From contig JBILLK010000011.1 in assembly GCA_044376115.1 (NCBI GenBank), positions 224,001 to 288,000 on the forward strand: a DNA stretch of 64,000 nt, in the 5' to 3' direction. Source of the DNA: Polyangiaceae bacterium. Its GTDB lineage: Bacteria > Myxococcota_A > Polyangia > Polyangiales > Polyangiaceae. Under the pieces are notes generated by a model. That model saw only the letters and a list, made by a program, of their open reading frames with translations. It made no database searches and was not told where the DNA came from. Of the stretch, positions 57,223 to 64,000 are shown one piece after another (the first letter of the stretch is position 1; each line of letters begins with the position of its first letter). A program made the position numbers and the translations under genes.

Positions 57223-59079
57223 ATGATTCGCAGCAACGTCTTTGTCTTCGGGGTGCTGATCTCGATTGTGGGTGCGTGCGGAGACGACAGCGCAACTGGC
57301 GGCGCTGGCGCGTCCGGAGGCGGGGGCGCTGGCGGAGCGGCCCCGGTCTGTAGCGTGGACCTCTCCGCGTTGCCCGAGGATACGGCGGAACCACCGCCGA
57401 TCTACACTCCGCGCTGGGCGTTTCACCCCTGGATCTCGAAGGACATCTCGACGGGGGAAGACTCAAGGACCTTCATCCAAGGGTTTCTCGACCGCGACAT
57501 CCCTGTTGGCGTGCTCGTCCTCGATAGCCCTTGGGAGACTCACTACAATACCTATGAGCCAAACCCAGTCCGTTATCCGGAGTTTAGCCAGATGGTGGCC
57601 GACTTCCGCGAGTTGGGCGTGAGAACGGTGGTCTGGACGACCCAGATGATCAATACCAGTGGCTTTGACTTGGAGCCCGGAGGTGACGGCTATGAAGGCC
57701 CTTCTCCGGACTACGCGCCCGCGTCTCAATGTGGTTATTTCGTCAATGAAGATCGCGTCTCGCCGTGGTGGAAGGGCCAAGGCCAGGGCATCGATTTCTT
57801 CAATCCCGAGGCCACCGTGTTTTGGCATCGCATGCTCGACCGTGTGCTCGACCTCGGTGTTTCAGGCTTCAAGCTCGACTTCGGCGAGAACTATATCGAT
57901 CAGTTGCCGATGACTACGGCCGCTGGCGAGAAGTCTCTGCAGGAGTACTCAGAGGCATATTACGAAGACTTTTATGCCTACGGCGCCGCAAAGCTCGGCA
58001 CCGAAGAATATGTCACGATGGTGCGGCCCTATGACGAGAGCTATCAATTCGAAGGGCGTTTCTTCGCGCGGCCGGAGCACGCGCCTGTTGCCTGGGTCGG
58101 CGACAATCGTCGCGACTACATAGGTATGCAGGATGCCCTCGATCACATGTTTCGCTCTGCCGACGCAGGATATGTGGTTATCGGTAGTGATATTGGCGGT
58201 TATCTCGACCGCAACGACCTCGACCTGACCGAGTCCATTCCGCTCGACCCGGACGTCTTCATGCGCTGGACCGCGCTAGGCGCAATGAATCCCTTTATGC
58301 AACTACACGGCCGGGCGAACTTGGAGCCGTGGACCTTCCCAGAGAAGGCGGAGGAGGTGACCGCCACCTATCGGTTTTGGGCGACGTTGCACGAGCAGAT
58401 GGTGCCCTTCTTCGATTCGGTCGCCACCCAAGCGTATGACGGTGGGCCGGTGCGGATGATGGCGCCGATCACCGACGAAGCCGGCTGGCCCGACGATTAT
58501 CGCTTCATGTTGGGCGGTGCGCTCTTGGTGGTCCCGGTGGTCGACGGCAGTGGCGCGCGGGACATTGAGTTCCCAGCGGACGCCCGCTACTTCGACCTCT
58601 TCGATCCGGCTGGTTTGGCGATTGAGCCGGGCGCGACGCTGTCGTCTGTGGACGTGTCCGACCCGACCCGGATACCGGTCTATCTACGTGAGGGCGCCAT
58701 TATCCCATTGGAGGTTTCGGGGGACATTACGCCGTTCGGAACGTCTGCTTCAGCTGGAGCTTTGACGGTGCTCGTAGCGCCTTCCGAGGACGGTTCAACC
58801 TTCGCGGTGGTCGCCGAGGACGAGTCGATCGAAGCGACGATCACAGCGCAACGAGCGGCGAACTCGACCACGGTCGATCTTGGGGCACATACCCGCAGGC
58901 TGATTCTGCGAGTGCGGGTAGAGGAGGCGCCCACCGGGGTGGATGTCGATGGCACGTTGCTCGAGCCCGCGCTCGACCAGGCGGCTTTCGACGCCGCCGA
59001 GGAGAGCTACCGTGTCGACGGCGGCTACGTGTGGATCAAGGTGCCGGCGGGGGCAGGCGAAGCGGTGCTGATCCAATAG
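57223..59079 (+). CDS. Glycoside hydrolase family 31 lipoprotein
   Basis: VGAC lipobox; LDSPW, GFKLDFGE, WVGD, GSDIGGY. Confidence 0.88.
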   Translation: MIRSNVFVFGVLISIVGACGDDSATGGAGASGGGGAGGAAPVCSVDLSALPEDTAEPPPIYTPRWAFHPWISKDISTGEDSRTFIQGFLDRDIPVGVLVLDSPWETHYNTYEPNPVRYPEFSQMVADFRELGVRTVVWTTQMINTSGFDLEPGGDGYEGPSPDYAPASQCGYFVNEDRVSPWWKGQGQGIDFFNPEATVFWHRMLDRVLDLGVSGFKLDFGENYIDQLPMTTAAGEKSLQEYSEAYYEDFYAYGAAKLGTEEYVTMVRPYDESYQFEGRFFARPEHAPVAWVGDNRRDYIGMQDALDHMFRSADAGYVVIGSDIGGYLDRNDLDLTESIPLDPDVFMRWTALGAMNPFMQLHGRANLEPWTFPEKAEEVTATYRFWATLHEQMVPFFDSVATQAYDGGPVRMMAPITDEAGWPDDYRFMLGGALLVVPVVDGSGARDIEFPADARYFDLFDPAGLAIEPGATLSSVDVSDPTRIPVYLREGAIIPLEVSGDITPFGTSASAGALTVLVAPSEDGSTFAVVAEDESIEATITAQRAANSTTVDLGAHTRRLILRVRVEEAPTGVDVDGTLLEPALDQAAFDAAEESYRVDGGYVWIKVPAGAGEAVLIQ

Positions 59080-59093
59080 AGGCCGGGCCGGCC

Positions 59094-59786
59094 CTACTTG
59101 ACCAATCGCAAGAAGGGCGGCCGCTTCGGCGGTTGAGGCGGCGGATCATCGGGGGGGGTGTCGCTTGGCGGGGACGCGGGCGGCGCCTCTCCGCTCGTCT
59201 CCACCGCGGGCGGAGGCGGTGCTGCCGACGAGATCTTGGAGGTGGGCGCTTCAGGCGCTTTTGCAGCGCTCTCTCCGACGAACGCCTCTGAACGCGTTGA
59301 GCCGCAGAGGGGGCACGAATCCACGTCCTCGGGCCAGCGGATCTCGCACACTTTGCAGGTCCCTTCGCCGGTTGGGGCCGGAAGGGCCTCCGGGCTGGCC
59401 TCCTCCGATGAATCAGCTGGTCCCACGGCTCGGAGGTGAGAGCGTTTGGCTGCGGGCGGTGGGGCCGGCGGTTCTGGCCCAGGGCCTGGACCCCAAGAGA
59501 AACCCCGGCGATCGACGTCGCTCACGATCGCGTAGACAGCGGTCCACGGGATGCGGCACCAAAATGGCCGCCGCGAGAAGCTGAGAGTGCCACAAATCGC
59601 GTCTGGCTCGACCTCGAGGTCTTTGATTGGCACCCGCATGTTGAGGCCAAACTGGAGCACGAGCTCACGCTGGGTCTTGAACTGTGCAGGGACCATCACG
59701 TCGGGATGACGCGGGTCGAGGTGAATGAAGATGCCCGAACTCTCGAGGAGCTTGAGCGCTACTTGGTGCTTTGGCGGCAGGGACAC
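59094..59786 (-). CDS. sspB: SspB-like ClpXP adaptor with an inserted zinc ribbon
   Basis: GTLSFSRRPFWCRIPWTAVYAI core; C-terminal PFLRLVK ClpX-binding motif; CKVC...CPLC. Confidence 0.72.
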   Translation of the reverse strand: MSLPPKHQVALKLLESSGIFIHLDPRHPDVMVPAQFKTQRELVLQFGLNMRVPIKDLEVEPDAICGTLSFSRRPFWCRIPWTAVYAIVSDVDRRGFSWGPGPGPEPPAPPPAAKRSHLRAVGPADSSEEASPEALPAPTGEGTCKVCEIRWPEDVDSCPLCGSTRSEAFVGESAAKAPEAPTSKISSAAPPPPAVETSGEAPPASPPSDTPPDDPPPQPPKRPPFLRLVK

Positions 59787-59846
59787 GAAGGCCGCACTGT
59801 ACACGAGAGCGGCGAAGGAGGGGCGCTTGCGTTGCGCCGAAGGCGG

Positions 59847-60569
59847 TCACGAGGGCTTGGCCGCAAGCAAGCCGCTGGAACGCAATTCGGCGCTGGTAAC
59901 GGGCTGATAGTGAGCTTGGGTAACCTTTAGCTCGTTGCGAACCTCGCTGAGCGGACGCGCCAACCATGCTTCCCACTCGACCGCCGGAAGCCAGTCTGCG
60001 CGTTGGCCAGCGCGATAACCAGCGAGGATGTCCGCCCGCCCGGCCGAGTCAAACTTTGCAAGGCCAAGCAAAACGACCGCGAGAATCCCGGGGTTTTTGG
60101 TTTGTGCGAAGGTGAAGGCGAGGAGCGCGCCCTCGCCCACCAGGTCCGGCCCATAGCCCGTTACCACGTGCCAGAGGTCGTGCGCATCACGCAGCCGATC
60201 TCCCAAGTAGCGCATGTCTTCGGGCAGATTCTCCGGTCTGCGGCCGCCAAGTTCACTGGCCTCTGCGATCCCCTCGGCGGAGATTCCCTGGCTTTCAACG
60301 AACTCGAGGTAGTGGCGCCCGAGGCTACCTTCGGGCAGCGCGCGAAGCGCCTCCCGGTCGCAAAGCTGTTTGGCTAGCTGGGGTTTCACCGCCAAAAGGT
60401 GTGCCCCGCTCCGGGAGCTTTTGGTTTGGGACAGCAAGTACTCCGGCGCACGCCCCGGCAGACTGTCAATGATGGTGAAAACGTTGGGCAGGTCGTCCGG
60501 ATCGGCCAAGAGCTGGCGAAGGGCGCGCAGGGCAACGAAGGGGCGATTCTTGCGAGTGGCGAGTTCCAC
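59847..60569 (-). CDS. Coq4-family protein
   Basis: LPEGSLGRHY, HDLWHVVTGY...GE metal-binding motif; GTG start after GGAGG. Confidence 0.85.
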   Translation of the reverse strand: MELATRKNRPFVALRALRQLLADPDDLPNVFTIIDSLPGRAPEYLLSQTKSSRSGAHLLAVKPQLAKQLCDREALRALPEGSLGRHYLEFVESQGISAEGIAEASELGGRRPENLPEDMRYLGDRLRDAHDLWHVVTGYGPDLVGEGALLAFTFAQTKNPGILAVVLLGLAKFDSAGRADILAGYRAGQRADWLPAVEWEAWLARPLSEVRNELKVTQAHYQPVTSAELRSSGLLAAKPS

Positions 60570-60598
60570 AGGACCTCCAGAGTTGTTTGTGAACAGAA

Positions 60599-60620
60599 CT
60601 GTAGATAGCGCTATCGACAG
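60599..60620. promoter_or_regulatory. Putative TetR operator
   Basis: CTGTAGATAGCGCTATCGACAG, 22-bp palindrome with one mismatched pair, between divergent coq4-like and tetR genes. Confidence 0.7.
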
Positions 60621-60674
60621 GGTTATCAATAGGCGGCTCGCGGAAAGTCGGCCCAACTGTGCGAAGCTCCGAGG

Positions 60675-61337
60675 GTGACCAAGACGGGTGCGCCCAAACT
60701 CCGTCGCCGCTTATCGGCGCAAGACGCTCGCGAGGCGATCCTGTCTGCGACGGAGAAGCGACTGCGTGAGCACGGGCCCGACGCTTTGCGCCTTCAAGCC
60801 ATCGCCAGCGATGTTGGGCTTTCCCACCCCACGGTGCTCCATCACATCGGAAGTCGTGAGGACTTGGTGCGCGAGGTGGTGCATCGCGCTATCGGCAAAC
60901 TCGAGAGCGACCTCTTGGCCTGCTTTACGGAGCAGCTCGCGGCCACCGACATTGTCTCGACACTGCATCATGTCGACGAGGTGCTGCGAGCGCAGGGGCA
61001 AGCACGGTTGGTCGCGTGGTTGGCGCTGACCGAGCCGCGAGGGGAAGCAAGTGACACCCGCTTGGGGGAACTGACAGCTGCGCTTCACAGTGCCCGCGCT
61101 GCAGATGGAACTGCCTACGAGGACACGGCCTTCGCCGTAGTATTGGCGGCCACTTCGCTGTTTGGCGCCGCGCTGCTTGGGCCCAGCTTGTTGTCGATGA
61201 CCGGGCTCGGTAACGACGAGAAGGTGCAACGACGCTTTCGTGAATGGCTGGCCGGGCTGCTCTTGGCGCACGCAGGCTTGCCGTCGCCTGAGCCGGAACT
61301 CTCGGGCGACGCCGCGGATTCGCGTGTGAAGAGCTGA
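60675..61337 (+). CDS. TetR/AcrR-family transcriptional regulator
   Basis: AILSAT...LQAIASDVGLSHPTVLHHIGSREDL HTH. Confidence 0.9.
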   Translation: MTKTGAPKLRRRLSAQDAREAILSATEKRLREHGPDALRLQAIASDVGLSHPTVLHHIGSREDLVREVVHRAIGKLESDLLACFTEQLAATDIVSTLHHVDEVLRAQGQARLVAWLALTEPRGEASDTRLGELTAALHSARAADGTAYEDTAFAVVLAATSLFGAALLGPSLLSMTGLGNDEKVQRRFREWLAGLLLAHAGLPSPEPELSGDAADSRVKS

Positions 61338-61352
61338 GCGGGCGAGGTCGCG

Positions 61353-63794
61353 CTATTCAGGGTCTGATGGGTGCGCTGCGAGCACCGCTTGGCGGAGCTC
61401 CATCGGGTCTAGAGGCTTCGCGAGGAAATCGTCGACTCCGGCGCTGAAAGCAGCGGCTCGTTCAGCGTTGGTCGTGTTCGCGGTCAGCGCCACGATGCGC
61501 GGCTGACGCCCGCCGAGAGCTCGGATGCGACGCGTGGCTTCCATGCCGTCGAGCTCAGGCATCTGGATGTCCATCAGCACGAGGTCGTAGTCCCTCGCGC
61601 ACACGGCCTCGATGCCCTCAAAGCCGTTCGCGGCGACGTCGCACGTGGCTCCTATCCGGGCCAAAAGTAGCTTGGCGACCTTCTGATTCACGACGTCGTC
61701 TTCGACCAGCAGAATTCGCACGGACGGGACGGGGGAGATGGACGGCTCCAGTTCGGTGCGAGTGGATGTGACCTCCGCGAGGGCGCGAGCCAGCCGCGTG
61801 AGTTCGGCGGGCCGCTGCACGAAGCGGACTCTCGGGCCCTCGGCGCGTACTCCGGCGGGCGCGCAGACGACGAGAGGCACGTTCGATCTAGCGCGCACCC
61901 TTCGCACGAGCTGGCGCGCCTCCTCCGAACTTCCGCTTAGGCCGATCACCAATACGTTGATCTCAGCGTCGGACGCGGCGCCAGCGAGCACCGCTTCTTC
62001 GGACGCGAACTCGACGGGCACTCCGCCGAGCCGCGCGAGCCTTTGAACCAAGGCGCGCGCATGGATGGCGGAGGGCTCGTGGACACCCACGCGTCGCCCG
62101 ACCGCGCCGAGAGGAAGCGCCATGGTCGACCGTGCGCCCGTCGCCGCTGCTGGCAGACATAAAAGGAACGTCGAGCCGGTCCCCACGCTGCGCTCCAGAG
62201 ACAGAGTTCCGTTCATCATCTCTGTGAGTCGACGGCTGATGGTAAGGCCAAGCCCGGTGCCGCCGAATCTCCTCGTGGTGGAGCTTTCAGCCTGCGCAAA
62301 GGGCTGAAAGATTGTGCTTTGGAGATTGGGCGGTACTCCGATGCCGGTGTCCTCCACAGCGATGGAGAGGACGTTAGCGGACTCGTCATGGCTGACGTGG
62401 ACGACTACGTGGCCGCGTTCGGTGAACTTGACCGCATTGCCGACAAGGTTCAGCACGATCTGGCGCACGCGGGCTGGATCCCCGAGGACGGCGTCAGGCA
62501 CGTCGGCGTCACACCAGCCCGCGAGGTCCAGGTTTTTGCGCGCGGCTGGGAGTGCCACCAAGTCCAGGCACTCGTCGATGACGCGAAGTGGCGAGAACGG
62601 GATGTGCTCGAGCGACAGCTTGCCTGACTCGATCTTCGAGTAGTCCAGCACGTTGTTCGCAACCGCAAGGAGGTTCTCGCCGCTCGAACGGATCGTGTCG
62701 ACGTAGTCACGTTGCTCGGGGGAGAGCGGCGTATCCAACACCAACGAACACATGCCAAGGACCGCGTTCATCGGTGTCCGCAGTTCGTGGCTGATGTGGG
62801 CTAGGAATGCCTCGCTCGCACGGGTTGCCTCCTCGGCCGTTCGCTTGGCGCCCGTCAGTGCGACGTTTAGCCGACGGAGGTCTGCGATCGACTGCGAGTG
62901 GTTCTCGAGGAGCTGAATCAGGTCGGTCGCCGGGTCATGCAGCGCGAAGTCTTCGAGGGTGAGCCCATGTTGCTCGAGCGCCATCAGGGAGGTGACCCAG
63001 GGAGACCCAAGGAACATCAGCCCGCGGCCTAGCGGCGTTGGCTTCAGCGAGCCGCGAAGGAGCGGCCCCCCGCTCGTTCCTTCGAGTATGAACAGGACGT
63101 TCTTCGACGCGGATAACGACTCGAAGGTCGCCGGCAGGCTCGGCCGCCGAATCAGGAACACTTCGTCGAACGCGACCCCGGTCAGATCCCGCCCGAGGAG
63201 CTTCTGAAGCGAGTGGCCCCACGTCGTGAAGCGCAGCTCTGCGTCGAGTACGAAGGAGAACGGGAACGCTTCTGCGAGCTGCTTCGGTCCCAGTCCGAAG
63301 GCTGCATCGCGCTGATGTTGGAGCTCGGCCTCTGCGAGCCGAGCGAGGTCGCGTAGCGCGTCGAGCTGAGAGGAAGATGGGTCGCGGGGCACGCTGTCGA
63401 CTACGCACAGCGTGCCGACGCGAGCCCCCTTCGAGGACCGCACCGGGAACCCTGCGTAGAAGCGGATGTGGGGAGGCCCAAGGACGAGCGGGTTCGCTTT
63501 GAAGCGCTCATCCTTGGTGGCGTCTCGTACGACCAGGAAGCCTTCGTCGAGGATGGTGTGGCTGCAGAACGAGACGTCGCGCGAAGTTTCGGAGATCTCT
63601 GCGCCTACCGTCGACTTGAACCACTGGCGGCAGTCGTCGACCAACGTCAGAAATGCCATCGGTGTTCCGAAGACCTGGGCCGCCAAGCGGGTGAGGCAGT
63701 CGAACCGCTCGTCTCGCGGGGTGTCGAGCATCCGTAGCGCGCGGAGCTCGGCGAGCCGGACCGCCTCATCCTCGGGTCGACCAGGCGGGATCAT
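61353..63794 (-). CDS. Hybrid sensor kinase (GAF-HNOBA-HisKA-HATPase-degenerate REC-REC)
   Basis: GAF IRFYAG; HNOBA FPF...LRG...FLGSP...GLTLEDFALHD; SHELRTP; GGTGLGL; MDIQMP. Confidence 0.92.
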   Translation of the reverse strand: MIPPGRPEDEAVRLAELRALRMLDTPRDERFDCLTRLAAQVFGTPMAFLTLVDDCRQWFKSTVGAEISETSRDVSFCSHTILDEGFLVVRDATKDERFKANPLVLGPPHIRFYAGFPVRSSKGARVGTLCVVDSVPRDPSSSQLDALRDLARLAEAELQHQRDAAFGLGPKQLAEAFPFSFVLDAELRFTTWGHSLQKLLGRDLTGVAFDEVFLIRRPSLPATFESLSASKNVLFILEGTSGGPLLRGSLKPTPLGRGLMFLGSPWVTSLMALEQHGLTLEDFALHDPATDLIQLLENHSQSIADLRRLNVALTGAKRTAEEATRASEAFLAHISHELRTPMNAVLGMCSLVLDTPLSPEQRDYVDTIRSSGENLLAVANNVLDYSKIESGKLSLEHIPFSPLRVIDECLDLVALPAARKNLDLAGWCDADVPDAVLGDPARVRQIVLNLVGNAVKFTERGHVVVHVSHDESANVLSIAVEDTGIGVPPNLQSTIFQPFAQAESSTTRRFGGTGLGLTISRRLTEMMNGTLSLERSVGTGSTFLLCLPAAATGARSTMALPLGAVGRRVGVHEPSAIHARALVQRLARLGGVPVEFASEEAVLAGAASDAEINVLVIGLSGSSEEARQLVRRVRARSNVPLVVCAPAGVRAEGPRVRFVQRPAELTRLARALAEVTSTRTELEPSISPVPSVRILLVEDDVVNQKVAKLLLARIGATCDVAANGFEGIEAVCARDYDLVLMDIQMPELDGMEATRRIRALGGRQPRIVALTANTTNAERAAAFSAGVDDFLAKPLDPMELRQAVLAAHPSDPE

Positions 63795-63801
63795 GGACCC
63801 T

Positions 63802-64000
63802 TCACGATGCGGCGGGTTGCATGCGCATCAGGAACACGTCGTGGTCGCGGCTGTCTTCCCCACGCCGCGCGACATGCTCGACCGATGCAGGGGTCTGGAA
63901 GTGCTTGGAGAGCCCACGCAATAGACCGACCACAAAGGGTTGAAGCCCCTCCCGGTGGCTCCGGTACTCGACGCGGAGTGCGCCATCCTCGACCTCGGAG
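63802..64000 (-). CDS. H-NOX (heme NO/O2-binding) protein, C-terminal part; runs off the window
   Basis: Manual translation from 63999: SEVEDGALRVEYRSHREGLQPFVVGLLRGLSKHF...DHDVF...stop; contains YxSxR; absent from the ORF track. Confidence 0.88.
   Translation of the reverse strand, partial: SEVEDGALRVEYRSHREGLQPFVVGLLRGLSKHFQTPASVEHVARRGEDSRDHDVFLMRMQPAAS

Noticed and set aside
1..64000. tRNA, rRNA, IS elements, prophage
   Set aside because: No recognisable signatures by eye, and intergenic gaps are short; a covariance-model scan would be needed to exclude small RNAs

Overview
GC-rich bacterial DNA whose gene content (eukaryotic-type Ser/Thr kinases, TSP3/OmpA protein, tandem outer-membrane barrels, PEGA/FG-GAP proteins, many lipoproteins) points to a myxobacterium, probably Polyangiaceae-like (inference). 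About 40 densely packed genes; I found no rRNA, tRNA, CRISPR array, transposase or integrase. Housekeeping genes include alaS, an Fpg/Nei glycosylase, an SspB-like adaptor and a beta-oxidation pair. The most striking region is 39088-47948. It holds a minus-strand operon built around a photoactive-yellow-protein (PYP) homolog that keeps Y42/E46/C69. The PYP gene is flanked by a 9x 27-28 aa repeat protein, an unknown domain fused to a catalytically dead CheA-like module, a truncated adenylation-like protein and a PAS-PAS-Hpt-HATPase kinase. A LeuA-like enzyme and a divergently encoded paralog of the repeat protein lie next to it. Other notable items: a partial H-NOX gene missing from the ORF track upstream of a GAF-HNOBA hybrid kinase; a CydA-cytochrome c fusion with a CydA'-like partner; a kinase/FG-GAP/PEGA operon in which all three genes are broken; and a HARE-HTH/Mrr-like protein with a charged disordered region. 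All family calls come from motif recognition by eye, not database searches.
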